From Alkalispirochaeta sp. (GTDB lineage: Bacteria > Spirochaetota > Spirochaetia > DSM-27196 > Alkalispirochaetaceae), in NCBI GenBank assembly GCA_965242725.1, contig CBDESZ010000025.1:192001-256000 (forward strand): a stretch of DNA of 64,000 nucleotides, written 5' to 3'. The position numbers were made by a program, and so were the translations under genes. This document shows positions 39,362 through 49,259 of the stretch, piece by piece; the first letter of the stretch is position 1; each line of letters starts with the position of its first letter. Below the pieces are notes generated by a model. It did not search any database. It had not been told where the DNA came from and saw only the letters and a program-made list of their open reading frames with translations.

Positions 39362-40139
39362 CGAAGAAGACCGTTACCGTAAGAACGATGGCCGATCCCG
39401 AAGGCACGTTCCAATAATAGGACATGTAAAAGCCGACAACCGTGGCAATGACCGAAAAGGCGATCGACCAGACAAGAATCAGGGACATTTTCCGGGAGAT
39501 CATGGACGCGGCGGCACCGGGGGTGACCAGAAGGGCGAGAACCAGGATAACCCCGACGGTCTGGATCGCCACGACCGTCGTCACTGCGAGAAGGAGAAGC
39601 AGCCCGTATCGTATCAGGCCGGGGGAAAGCCCGATGGCAACGGCGTGGGAAGGATCAAAGGATGTTACGAGTATTTCCTTGAATGATGCGGCGACGACGA
39701 CGACGACAATCACCACAACCGCGGCCATCGCGATAAGATCGGCCGTTGAGACTCCGAGAATGCTGCCGAAGAGAATGTGACTGAGGTCCTGATAACTGAT
39801 CATTCTGCTGAGCAGGAATATTCCAAACGCAAAAAAGCCGGAAAAAATGACGCCGATGGCGGTGTCTTCTTTCAGGCGTCCGCCGCCCGAAAAGAGGCCG
39901 ATACCGGCGACGGCGAGGACCGCCGCCCCGAGCGCGCCGATAAACAGACTGACCCCGAGGGCGTAGGCAAGTACGATTCCGGGGAGGATGGAATGGGCGA
40001 GGGCGTCGCCGACAAAGGCCATACCTCGCCACACGACGAACGGGCTCAGGGCGGCGCATGCGACGGCGGCGAGAATTCCGGCGATCAATCCGCGCAGGAC
40101 GAAGGAATAGGTCAACGGTTCAACGAGAAGTTCAATCAT
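39252..40139 (-). CDS. Zn/Mn ABC transporter permease
   Basis: GDALAHSILPG, EDTAIG, LFGSIL, SFDP, VGVILVLALLVTP. Confidence 0.92.
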   Translation of the reverse strand: MIELLVEPLTYSFVLRGLIAGILAAVACAALSPFVVWRGMAFVGDALAHSILPGIVLAYALGVSLFIGALGAAVLAVAGIGLFSGGGRLKEDTAIGVIFSGFFAFGIFLLSRMISYQDLSHILFGSILGVSTADLIAMAAVVVIVVVVVAASFKEILVTSFDPSHAVAIGLSPGLIRYGLLLLLAVTTVVAIQTVGVILVLALLVTPGAAASMISRKMSLILVWSIAFSVIATVVGFYMSYYWNVPSGSAIVLTVTVFFVIAWGAAHRPQRRAPAPRTPGSSRRRHHRSRRDGDG

Positions 40140-40944
40140 CGTCGCCCCCCGGGGGAGCGGGATACCCTTTGTGAAATTCGAAGCCATACGCTTCTGCAAT
40201 CGTCTCCGGTGTCAGCACCGACTTGACGGGGCCGTCGGCGATGACGCGATGGTCCAGAAAGACGGCCCGGTTGAAATGAACGGTCAGAATGCCCAGGTCA
40301 TGGGTGCTTACCAGCGCCGTCTTGCCCGCCGCGGTGAGGTGTTCCAGGGTGTGAAATATGAGCTCCTGCGTCGAGATGTCCACGTGGTTCAACGGCTCGT
40401 CCAGGAGAAGGAGTTCGGCGTCATGGGCGAGGGTGCGCGCGAGCATCACCCGCTGCTGCTGTCCTCCCGAGAGTTCTCCGATCTGTCGGTCCGCGAGATC
40501 GGTGATTTCCATAGTCTCAAGTGCCGCTTCCACACGATCGGCGTCCTCCGATGTGGGACGCTTGAACCAGCCGAGGTGGACGTATCGTCCCATCATGACG
40601 ACGTGACGTACGGTGACGGGAAAACGCCAGTCCACCGACGTCCTCTGGGGAACGATGGCGACCCGGTGCAGGCATGTATGGGCTCGATTGCCGTATACGT
40701 CGATGGTGCCCGACGAGAGACGTTCCAGACCCAGAACGAGCTTGAGGAGCGTTGATTTTCCCGCGCCGTTCGGCCCGATCAGGGCGACCCGTTCGCCAGG
40801 ATGGATCTGCAGCGTAATTGAATCGAGGACCGGATACGGCGACGAGGGATAGGAGAAGGTTACGTCTCTCACGTCCAGTGCCGGTGTGTCCGGTACCGCC
40901 GGGATATGACAGCTGCCGCCGTACCGAAGTCTGTCCAGTATCAA
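40132..40944 (-). CDS. Zn/Mn ABC transporter ATP-binding protein
   Basis: GPNGAGKSTL, FPVTV, LSGGQQQR, LDEP, THDL. Confidence 0.93.
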   Translation of the reverse strand: MILDRLRYGGSCHIPAVPDTPALDVRDVTFSYPSSPYPVLDSITLQIHPGERVALIGPNGAGKSTLLKLVLGLERLSSGTIDVYGNRAHTCLHRVAIVPQRTSVDWRFPVTVRHVVMMGRYVHLGWFKRPTSEDADRVEAALETMEITDLADRQIGELSGGQQQRVMLARTLAHDAELLLLDEPLNHVDISTQELIFHTLEHLTAAGKTALVSTHDLGILTVHFNRAVFLDHRVIADGPVKSVLTPETIAEAYGFEFHKGYPAPPGGDDD

Positions 40945-41912
40945 TATTCGAGTCCCTCCATGATCCGGTTCACATTGTACGTCATGTAGGAGATGTATGT
41001 ATCCCCCGGTTGACCCGGTGCGGCCAGAGATCCGGTGAGTAGGGAATGGACGGTCACCTCCCGGCCTGCCTCCTCCGCGACGGCGGAGACCAGGTCCCGG
41101 AGCGATCCGCTTGCGGTCTCGCCCACGAAGAGGGAATGGACTCGCACACGGCGGATGAGTTCCACCAGTTCCGCGACGGCACGGGGGGACGGGTCAGCCT
41201 GATCCGTCGTTGCAGGCAATACGGTTCCGACGACGGTAAAACCGTAGTCCCGTGCAAAGTAACCAAGGGAGACGTGGTCCACCACGAGTTTGCGGCGATC
41301 CCGGGGGATGCGGTTTACCCGGTCAAGGATATCTTCATGCAGTGCCTGCACGTCCTGTCGGTACGCGGCGGCGTTCCGACGGAACTCCTGTGCGCCGTCG
41401 GGATACGCGGCGGTGAGCGCCGCTTCAACGACGTCGATCCAGAGAAGGACGTTTTTCGGCGAAAACCAGACATGGGGATCGACTGCATGGTCGTGATCTT
41501 CACCTTCACCTTCACCTTCGTCTTCCTCATCATCGTCGCCGGACAGCCCGTCTATACTCTCCGACAACGAAACGATCCTTCCTCTCGCCGCCTGCTCCAC
41601 GATATCAAGTAAGCCTTCTTCCAGATCGAATCCGTTCACAAATACGAGATCCGCCTCCTCAACCGCGGCTATCTCCCGCGGGGTCACTTCATAGGAATGG
41701 GGATTCTGGCCGGAGGGTACGAGAATCGAAAGTGCCACCGCGTCTCCGGCGATGTTGGCGACGACGTCACCGATGATATTGGTCGTCGCGACGACGCGAG
41801 GGGACTCCGCCGCCGGCGCGGATTCTCCGGAACCGGCGGCAAAGACGGCTGAACCTGCCATTGTCGTGACGAAAAGGGTCATTGCCGCAGCTCGGCGGAA
41901 ATCGATGGTCAT
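40941..41912 (-). CDS. Zn/Mn ABC transporter substrate-binding protein (ZnuA/TroA family)
   Basis: NPHSYE, DPHVW, acidic/His loop DDDEEDEGEGEGEDHDH, YFARDYGF. Confidence 0.92.
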   Translation of the reverse strand: MTIDFRRAAAMTLFVTTMAGSAVFAAGSGESAPAAESPRVVATTNIIGDVVANIAGDAVALSILVPSGQNPHSYEVTPREIAAVEEADLVFVNGFDLEEGLLDIVEQAARGRIVSLSESIDGLSGDDDEEDEGEGEGEDHDHAVDPHVWFSPKNVLLWIDVVEAALTAAYPDGAQEFRRNAAAYRQDVQALHEDILDRVNRIPRDRRKLVVDHVSLGYFARDYGFTVVGTVLPATTDQADPSPRAVAELVELIRRVRVHSLFVGETASGSLRDLVSAVAEEAGREVTVHSLLTGSLAAPGQPGDTYISYMTYNVNRIMEGLEY

Positions 41913-41940
41913 ATGGTTACTCCTGTCCAAGGATACCGGG

Positions 41941-41970
41941 AAGGTAATATTAAGTAATACGTAAGGTCAA
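41941..41970 (-). promoter_or_regulatory. Promoter of metal ABC operon with embedded operator-like box
   Basis: TTGACC-18-TACCTT on minus strand; box CGTATTACTTAATATTACC at 41943-41961. Confidence 0.7.
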
Positions 41971-41981
41971 TACGTGGCGGA

Positions 41982-42011
41982 TTGACTTTTATGAACGACG
42001 TTCATTATTAT
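41982..42011 (+). promoter_or_regulatory. TetR promoter with palindromic operator
   Basis: TTGACT...TATTAT; perfect inverted repeat ATGAAC-GAC-GTTCAT (41991-42005) between the hexamers. Confidence 0.75.
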
Positions 42012-42016
42012 GCGCC

Positions 42017-42613
42017 GTGCCGAAAATTATAAACAACGTCCGGGATCGGCTGATCGATGAGCTTGAACGGATGTTCCTTGAAGACGACGGCGATATTTCC
42101 CTGCGTCGACTGGCCTGCCGTGCAGATGTCGCAGTAGGGACGATTTACAACTACTTTCCCGACAAGGACGACCTCATTAAGGCGCTCTTTCAGCGGGAGT
42201 GGCGACGTACAATGGAACGTGTCGACCGCGTCATGGATGTGGACGCCGAGGAACCGTCAAATCGCAGCGCCGCCCCCGATGAAAATACGCGATCTCATCT
42301 GATCCGGGTCAGGGCGGTTGTTGAAGTTGTCTATGACGATATTGAGCGAATCTCCCGTACCGGCGGGCAGCGCCGCAAGCTGGCGTGTTCTAAAGACAGA
42401 GAAACGGCGCCGTATCCTCTCCGCGTGGATGGCTGGCGGTGGCTCTGCTCAGCTTTTGCCCCTGTCTGGGAGAAGCTCTTCAGGACCGACCGGGGAGACC
42501 GCCTCACCGTTGCCCTCGTTGCGACGGCACATCGGCTCGTTGCATTGTTTCCCGACGATCGGGAGGGAAATATCGAATTTCTAGTTCAAATGGTTATGAC
42601 GGGAGAAATATGA
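42017..42613 (+). CDS. TetR/AcrR family transcriptional regulator
   Basis: SLRRLA..ADVAVGTIYNYFPDKDDL. Confidence 0.9.
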   Translation: MPKIINNVRDRLIDELERMFLEDDGDISLRRLACRADVAVGTIYNYFPDKDDLIKALFQREWRRTMERVDRVMDVDAEEPSNRSAAPDENTRSHLIRVRAVVEVVYDDIERISRTGGQRRKLACSKDRETAPYPLRVDGWRWLCSAFAPVWEKLFRTDRGDRLTVALVATAHRLVALFPDDREGNIEFLVQMVMTGEI

Positions 42614-43983
42614 GAGTGGATCAAAATAAGCGGATTTCAATGCTTGCCGACGGACCGATCGGCGCGACCCTGTTCAAGTTATCCGCACCGGCGATTGCAG
42701 GAATGCTCGTTATCGCCATATACAACGTTGTCGATACCTTTTTTGTCAGTCTGCTGCGGGATACCACGGCCGTCGCGGCGACGGGTGTCGTCTTTCCGAT
42801 ATTTCAACTTATCGGCGCCGTGGGGCTGACGTTCGGCATGGGTGCGGCGAGCGTCATAAGCAGACGTCTCGGTGCGGGAAACCATCAGGGCGCCGACGAG
42901 ACGGCGGCTACGGCGTTATACTCGGTGGTGGTTATCGGCGTTGTCGCCTCGGTGATCGGCACCATCTTTGTCCGGCCGATCCTCACCGCCTTCGGCGCCA
43001 CCGAGTCGATCCTTGAAATGGCGACGCTGTACGGGAGGGTCATCATTGCCGGATCGATCTTTCAAATGATCAATATGGCGGCGAACAACATTCTCCGATC
43101 TGAAGGTGCCTCCCTCTACAGCAGTACGGGACAGATCATCGGGGCCGTCACCAACATCATTCTCGACCCCATTTTCATATTTGTCCTCGATATGGGAATC
43201 ACCGGAGCCGCCGTGGCGACCGTCATTTCCCAGGGACTCTCAACGGCGTGGCTTCTCGCCTTTTACGTCCGCGGGTATGGCGCGCTCCACCCCCTTTCCG
43301 TCGGGAATGTCCGACTGCGGAAGGAGACCTATCGGGATGTGATGGAGCTCGGATTGCCGACACTTGTGCGTCAGGTACTGGGAAGTTTTTCCTTTGCCGT
43401 CCTCAATAACGCCGCCGCGGAATACGGAGATAAGGCGATCGCGGCGGTGAGTGTCAATTTGCGCCTCTTTATGCTCCTGATCATGGCGTTGATCGGTCTG
43501 GCTCAGGGGTTGCAGCCTCTGGCTGGATACAACTACGGCGCAGGCAGGATTGACCGTGTCCGCCGGACGATCGCTCTCGTCTTTACAATTTCAATCGGTG
43601 GCGGATTTGTGGCGGGAATCGGCGCCTTTGCCTTTGCGCCGCAGATCATGGCGGTCTTTGTACCCCAGGATCCGCAGGTTGTAGCCATGGGTGCGCTGGC
43701 GATCAGAATGATGAGCGTTGCCCTCATTCCCGTCGCGCTGGTGATCATGTTCGGGGGCATTTTTCAGGCCCTCGGGGACGGAAAATCGGCGCTTATCCTG
43801 GCGGTCGGACAGCAGGGCGCCTTCCTCATCCCCATGGTCTTTCTTCTGCCCAGGATCATGGGGCTCAACGGCGTCTTTGCCGCGCAACCGGCGGGCTTCT
43901 TTCTCGCATTTCTGGTAGGATTGTTCCTGTATACACGAACGTCCGGCGCACTGCGTCGTGCGGAAGAAGAAGGAGGAGCGTGA
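42610..43983 (+). CDS. MATE family efflux transporter
   Basis: [37 protein letters not shown] overlap with TetR stop. Confidence 0.93.
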   Translation: MRVDQNKRISMLADGPIGATLFKLSAPAIAGMLVIAIYNVVDTFFVSLLRDTTAVAATGVVFPIFQLIGAVGLTFGMGAASVISRRLGAGNHQGADETAATALYSVVVIGVVASVIGTIFVRPILTAFGATESILEMATLYGRVIIAGSIFQMINMAANNILRSEGASLYSSTGQIIGAVTNIILDPIFIFVLDMGITGAAVATVISQGLSTAWLLAFYVRGYGALHPLSVGNVRLRKETYRDVMELGLPTLVRQVLGSFSFAVLNNAAAEYGDKAIAAVSVNLRLFMLLIMALIGLAQGLQPLAGYNYGAGRIDRVRRTIALVFTISIGGGFVAGIGAFAFAPQIMAVFVPQDPQVVAMGALAIRMMSVALIPVALVIMFGGIFQALGDGKSALILAVGQQGAFLIPMVFLLPRIMGLNGVFAAQPAGFFLAFLVGLFLYTRTSGALRRAEEEGGA

Positions 43984-43984
43984 A

Positions 43985-44995
43985 ATGGACTATCGTCTCT
44001 TGGGAAACACCGGAATCAAGGTCAGTGAATTGTGTCTCGGAGCGATGACCTTCGGCAGGGAGAGCTCGGACGAAGAGAGCTTCGCCATGTTGGACCGCTT
44101 TGCCGACGCAGGTGGAAATTTCATCGATACCGCCAACGTCTACACCCGGGGAGAATCGGAAAAAATCGTCGGTCGCTGGCTGTCACGTCGCAATAGGGAG
44201 GATTTTGTCGTCGCCACAAAGGTGCGCTATCCCATGGGGGAGGGGCCCAACGATACGGGACTTTCCCGCAAGCACATCATCGCCTCCCTTACGGCGAGCC
44301 TGAAACGACTCAATGTGGACTATATCGATCTCTACCAGATTCACGGGTGGGATCCTCTCACGCCGATGGAGACGATTCTGCGGACCCTCAACGATCTGGT
44401 GCGGAACGGTCTCGTGCGCCATATCGGGGTGAGCAATGTGAAAGGGTGGCAGCTCCAATACGCTCTCGATATTGCCGCGCGCTACGACCTGGAGCCGTTT
44501 ATTTCACTGCAGCCCCAGTACAGTCTGCTGACCCGCGCCACCGAGTGGGAGCTCCTCGACGTCTGTGACGTACACAACGTCGCCGTCATACCCTGGAGTC
44601 CCCTGCGGGGCGGATGGTTGAGCGGAAAGTTCAAAAGGGGCATGACCGCGCCGCCGAAGGACTCCCGCATCGCCGCTGCGGACCAGCATGGCTGGGGCGA
44701 ACGGTGGGGTAACTATGACAATGAGTTTACCTGGAGCGTTCTGGATGCGCTCTTTGCGGTGGCGGAAGAGGCGGGAAAAAGTCCGGCGCAAGTGGCGCTG
44801 AACTGGCTGCTCCGGAAGCGTGTCGTCACCGCGCCGATTATCGGCGCGCGCACAATTGCCCAATTGAAGGACAATCTCGGCGCGAGCGGCTGGTCCCTGA
44901 CGCCGGAACAGATGCAAACCCTCGATGAGGTGTCTCACCCGGTCGCCAGTTATCCCTACAGTGCCGACGCCCAATGGCAGCGCGATCGACAGTAG
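43985..44995 (+). CDS. Aldo/keto reductase
   Basis: [42 protein letters not shown]. Confidence 0.93.
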   Translation: MDYRLLGNTGIKVSELCLGAMTFGRESSDEESFAMLDRFADAGGNFIDTANVYTRGESEKIVGRWLSRRNREDFVVATKVRYPMGEGPNDTGLSRKHIIASLTASLKRLNVDYIDLYQIHGWDPLTPMETILRTLNDLVRNGLVRHIGVSNVKGWQLQYALDIAARYDLEPFISLQPQYSLLTRATEWELLDVCDVHNVAVIPWSPLRGGWLSGKFKRGMTAPPKDSRIAAADQHGWGERWGNYDNEFTWSVLDALFAVAEEAGKSPAQVALNWLLRKRVVTAPIIGARTIAQLKDNLGASGWSLTPEQMQTLDEVSHPVASYPYSADAQWQRDRQ

Positions 44996-45079
44996 ACACG
45001 ACCACCCGGTTGCGACATCCAATGGGGATTCGCCTATCGGGCAGACGCCGTCTGTAATCGCTATGGGAACGATTGCGTG

Positions 45080-45101
45080 GGGAGGGGGAGAGCCCCCTCC
45101 C
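45080..45101. terminator. GC-rich hairpin between convergent AKR and NSS genes
   Basis: GGGAGGGGG-AGAG-CCCCCTCCC; no clear U-tail. Confidence 0.4.
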
Positions 45102-45122
45102 GGTTGTACCGTTCGGCGGGTA

Positions 45123-45221
45123 TTACTTTTTCGCCTTCATGGCGATCGAAATGCATACCGCGGCGCCACCCCAGGTGATCGCCAGACCGAGTACCATAAA
45201 AATTATTGCTCCTGCAGACAT
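45123..45221 (-). CDS. MetS-type NSS transporter small subunit (32 aa)
   Basis: MSAGAIIFMVLGLAITWGGAAVCISIAMKAKK; AAGGAGG RBS; directly downstream of NSS gene. Confidence 0.85.
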   Translation of the reverse strand: MSAGAIIFMVLGLAITWGGAAVCISIAMKAKK

Positions 45222-45251
45222 TGTGTAACCTCCTTGCAGCTCACCTGTGTG

Positions 45252-46748
45252 TTACGCGTCGTCACCGGCGGAAGAGACGATCGCCTCGTCGGACCATTTG
45301 GTTCGGGAGAGGGCAAAGCCGATAACGACCACCAGTGCGGCGATCAGCCATCCAAAGACGACGACTTCCATCGTCGTATATCCGCCATAGTTCTCCGAGA
45401 AGTTCTCCACGAAATTGAGGATGATGCTGATGCCCAGAATGATCGGTGTAATCACCTTTATCATGATATTCCACCATCCGCCGATTGAAAAATCGGATGT
45501 TGTGTTGGCATGATCCCGGAGGTCCGTCAGGCGGAAGAGATACCCGATGACGATCACTTCCACGAGTCCCGCGATGGCGACACCGAAGTTGTTTATAAAG
45601 TAGTCGACAATATCCAGCAGATAGAGGCCGGCACCGGTGGTAAAGACGAGACTGACGAGGCCGGCGATAATTGTGTACCAGATGACCACCTTTTTCCGGG
45701 GAGCGTTCAGTTTATCGACAAATGAACGTACAACCACCTCGTTAATGGATATGAACGATGAAAGACCGGCGAAGGTCAGGGCGAGAAAAAAGAGGACACC
45801 GACGAGCACGCTCATCGTCGGCAGCTGATTGATCGCAGCCGGTATGGTAGCAAAGGCGAGAAAGACTCCGGAGAGATTTTCCGGCAGTTCCCCGCCGGCG
45901 AGATGCATCATATAGCCGAGGATTGAAAAGATCGCTATTCCCGCGAGGATGCTGAAACCCGAGTTAAGCAGGGCCGTTATGAAACCGTTGTTTACGATAT
46001 CGGCGTCCCCGGGCAGGTAACTGGAGTAGGTGATCATGATGGCAAAGGCGATGCTCAAGGTAAAGAATATCTGCCCATACGCCGCAACCCATACACTGCC
46101 GTTGAGTATCTGCGAAAAGTCCGGGCGGAAGAGAAGTTCCAGACCGGCCGCTGCACCGGGCAAGGTGACGCCCCGGATCAGAATGACCAGGAGCAGGACG
46201 ATCAGCAGGGGCATAAAGATCTTGTTAGCCCGCTCAATTCCGTCCTTGACCCCCGCGTACAACGCGATGAAGCTGATGACCCATGCGAATACGACGGCGA
46301 CGAGGATCGACCATCGTATCCCGCCGAAATGGAAGGGGCCGTCGCTGAGGCCGAGAAACTCGCCGACAAAAAAGTTGACCGGTTCGCCCGACCAGGAAAG
46401 GGTGAATGAAAAGAAAATGTAGTTTATTGCCCAACCGATGACCGCCACGTAGTAGACGGCAATGACAAATGAGATAAGCCCCTGCCACCATCCGATCCAT
46501 TCAAACTTCTGATTGATCTTGGCAAAGGTGAGCGGTGCTCCCCCCTTCATTCTATGGCCGAGGGCAAATTCCAGAATGATTATCGGAATTCCCGCGGTAA
46601 GGAGCGCGACAAAGTAGGGAATCAGAAAGGCGCCGCCCCCATTGTCGAAGGCCATATAGGGAAAACGCCAGATGTTCCCCAGTCCAATTGCGGAGCCCAC
46701 CGCGGCGAGAATAAATCCCACCCGGCTGCCCCATTGTTCCTGTTGCAT
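45252..46748 (-). CDS. Sodium-dependent NSS family transporter (amino acid uptake)
   Basis: GSAIGLGNIWRFPY, GGGAFLIPY, QIFFTLS. Confidence 0.95.
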   Translation of the reverse strand: MQQEQWGSRVGFILAAVGSAIGLGNIWRFPYMAFDNGGGAFLIPYFVALLTAGIPIIILEFALGHRMKGGAPLTFAKINQKFEWIGWWQGLISFVIAVYYVAVIGWAINYIFFSFTLSWSGEPVNFFVGEFLGLSDGPFHFGGIRWSILVAVVFAWVISFIALYAGVKDGIERANKIFMPLLIVLLLVILIRGVTLPGAAAGLELLFRPDFSQILNGSVWVAAYGQIFFTLSIAFAIMITYSSYLPGDADIVNNGFITALLNSGFSILAGIAIFSILGYMMHLAGGELPENLSGVFLAFATIPAAINQLPTMSVLVGVLFFLALTFAGLSSFISINEVVVRSFVDKLNAPRKKVVIWYTIIAGLVSLVFTTGAGLYLLDIVDYFINNFGVAIAGLVEVIVIGYLFRLTDLRDHANTTSDFSIGGWWNIMIKVITPIILGISIILNFVENFSENYGGYTTMEVVVFGWLIAALVVVIGFALSRTKWSDEAIVSSAGDDA

Positions 46749-46827
46749 GGTACAGATCCTCCTTGTGAGTTAAGGAAATAATGATTAGGACTAACTTTGT
46801 AACATCAACTATTTACGCCGTCAAGTT

Positions 46828-47526
46828 TTACGAGTCGCCGCTCCGGGATTTCCGGGCGGCCTGGACCAGGGCGGCAAAAATTCGGCGGAACTTTCTCCGA
46901 TGAAGCATCAACTCCGGATGAAACTGAACGCCTATGTAAAATGGATGGTCCGGTGCTTCGATTGTCTGGACCACACCGTTTTCCTCCCGGGCGGTGACGA
47001 TGAGCCCGCGACCGGCGTGCTTGATCGCCTGGGAATGGAGGGAGTTCACCCTCAGCGCCGCCGCCTTCATGATCCGGCGAATACGTGAGGTGGACCGAAG
47101 GCGAATGGCTTTGCGAAAATAGATCGCCGAAAGGGGATGGCTCGGATACCTGGCATTTTTATACGCCTTGTGTACCGCCGTATGAAGCGAACCTTTATGG
47201 GAAACCGCCATCACCTGGGCTCCCCGACACACCCCCAGGACGGGCATATTCCGTTGGCGCGCGACGGCGAGCCAGTGGAGTTCCATTTCGTCACGGCGAT
47301 GGTTATAGGGATACCCCGGTTTTTCCCGCCCCTTGAAATGGAGGGGGAATATGTCCCTGCCGCCGCTGAGTATGAGCGCGTCGATTTCATCGTCCGGGAC
47401 GTCACAGCCGGGGAAGAGGCGTCTGCTCCGTCCCCGTGCCAGCGCGACGGCGAGATAGAAGGGGAGATATGCCAGCCACGCGGTGCGATGACCGGTGGTC
47501 ACTCCGACGACGGGACGACGGTCCAC
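46828..47526 (-). CDS. Peptidase C26 / gamma-glutamyl-gamma-aminobutyrate hydrolase family (class I GATase)
   Basis: LSGGRDI, LGVCRGAQ, VNSLHSQ, GVQFHPE. Confidence 0.88.
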   Translation of the reverse strand: MDRRPVVGVTTGHRTAWLAYLPFYLAVALARGRSRRLFPGCDVPDDEIDALILSGGRDIFPLHFKGREKPGYPYNHRRDEMELHWLAVARQRNMPVLGVCRGAQVMAVSHKGSLHTAVHKAYKNARYPSHPLSAIYFRKAIRLRSTSRIRRIMKAAALRVNSLHSQAIKHAGRGLIVTAREENGVVQTIEAPDHPFYIGVQFHPELMLHRRKFRRIFAALVQAARKSRSGDS

Positions 47527-47632
47527 TATTCATCCTCCATGCGACCGACCGCGGGAGGTCGCAATTGGGTTCCAGGTGTCGGGGATCGGTGCAGGTGAGA
47601 TCGGAGCGCCTGAACCTCGACCCGCCTTCCAT

Positions 47633-49048
47633 TCATCGATTGGTCACCTCCGGCGGCAGCTTACCGTATCGAATGAGAGACGCCAGGACAAAGAGAACAC
47701 CCAGGACAATAAACGGATCATCACGGAAGAAGACGTCGTTTTTCGCCCGGCGTCCTTCACGGATGATACCGCGCAGCAGGGTGAATGCCTCCCTGAATCC
47801 CGTTCCGCCTTCCAGGGAAGCGGTGACGTTCCGGAAGGCATCCCTGATTTGTCTGTTTTCCAGGATGTCCCTGCTCTCACGCCACGCCCGACGGACACGT
47901 TCAAATCGCGCCTCTGAACTTGATATATCCCGCACGGCGCTGATTAACCAGAGTCCAGGGATTTTTGTTCTCTGCCCCAGGGTTATGGGGAATTGTTTCT
48001 CCAGTGTGCCCCGGGTGGTCAACTGATAGAGCAACCATGGAATGTCCAGGCCGGACTCAACGGTCTGAAAGAGGCCCGCCCAGAATCGGGGATTGACCTC
48101 GAGGAGCAGAGGTTCACCTGTCGGTCGGCCTGTGGCGGGACCGTTTGAAATTTCCTCGCTCCTTTCCGCCGGGTCCGGTTCGGGAGGGCGCCACCGAAAG
48201 TCAAGCTCCGCTATGCCGTGCCACCCAAGAGGGCCAAGAAGTCGGCGTGCGGTATCCAGGAACGGCGTGTCGTCCACCGTTTCCCGTACGATGCCCGCGC
48301 CGGATTCCGCGGGATAGCGGTAGAGGTTCCGATATGCCATCGATGCAACGAGCGTTCCGTTTTCAAAAAGGACGGTCAGGCAGTAGTCGTCCCCATCGGC
48401 AGCTTCCTGTATGAGGGGGAGGGAGCCGCGGCGTCTGCGATACTCATCGAGGGCGCGCCGGAGCTCGGCAACTCCCTTGCACTGGACGATACCGCGACCG
48501 CCCACATCGTCCGGAGGCTTTATGAAGAGGGGAAAGCGATACGTACCGGCAATTCGTCCTATGGCGTCATCAAGTGTTCTTCCCTCCGTCTCGTCCTGCA
48601 AATTCACGGTACGGGGAACGGGAACACCCAGTCGCATCGCCGTCTTGTGGAGAGAATCTTTGGGGTGCACCGCTGCGATTGCATCGTACGGCGGAGCGGC
48701 AACTTCCATAAATGATTCAAACCGATCCCTGTTGCGTGCGATGATTTCAGTTTCCCTGAAAACGGGCATGAGAATGTATGGACGGCCGTCCTGCGGGATC
48801 CGTTTGCGAAGCTGTCCTTCCAGGTCGGAGAGAAAACGCTCCCGGTCTCCGTGAAGAGGCGCGTGAACGAATGTTCCGGTGACGTACCGTGAAAAGGAGA
48901 GAACTGTAAAGTCAACGTCATCACACCCCACCACCTCGATACCTCTCTTCCCGAGGGAATGTGCAATGACAAGTGACATGAGGCTTCGCCCGTACATGAC
49001 TACCACCCGTGCATCTGCAGGGGGATTTCGCCGTCGTAATGTGCCCAT
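47633..49048 (-). CDS. ATP-grasp carboxylate-amine ligase
   Basis: FPLFIKP...GGRG, LIQE, ELDF, LEVNPRFW. Confidence 0.85.
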   Translation of the reverse strand: MGTLRRRNPPADARVVVMYGRSLMSLVIAHSLGKRGIEVVGCDDVDFTVLSFSRYVTGTFVHAPLHGDRERFLSDLEGQLRKRIPQDGRPYILMPVFRETEIIARNRDRFESFMEVAAPPYDAIAAVHPKDSLHKTAMRLGVPVPRTVNLQDETEGRTLDDAIGRIAGTYRFPLFIKPPDDVGGRGIVQCKGVAELRRALDEYRRRRGSLPLIQEAADGDDYCLTVLFENGTLVASMAYRNLYRYPAESGAGIVRETVDDTPFLDTARRLLGPLGWHGIAELDFRWRPPEPDPAERSEEISNGPATGRPTGEPLLLEVNPRFWAGLFQTVESGLDIPWLLYQLTTRGTLEKQFPITLGQRTKIPGLWLISAVRDISSSEARFERVRRAWRESRDILENRQIRDAFRNVTASLEGGTGFREAFTLLRGIIREGRRAKNDVFFRDDPFIVLGVLFVLASLIRYGKLPPEVTNR

Positions 49049-49259
49049 ACTGTATACGCCAAAGATATTAAAAATCGGGAGGTATTCACAAGATTGTTGA
49101 TATACGGAGCGTAGAATTCTTCCTCAGAAGGAATTGATTCTGAAAGGCGTGTGTGAAACCGTAATTTTTCGTTGTGTCGATAATTAGTGTCGTCGATAAA
49201 CAATCTTCTCAATACTTCACATGACTTGTTCTCACCACCGATGTGCGGTACACATGCAT

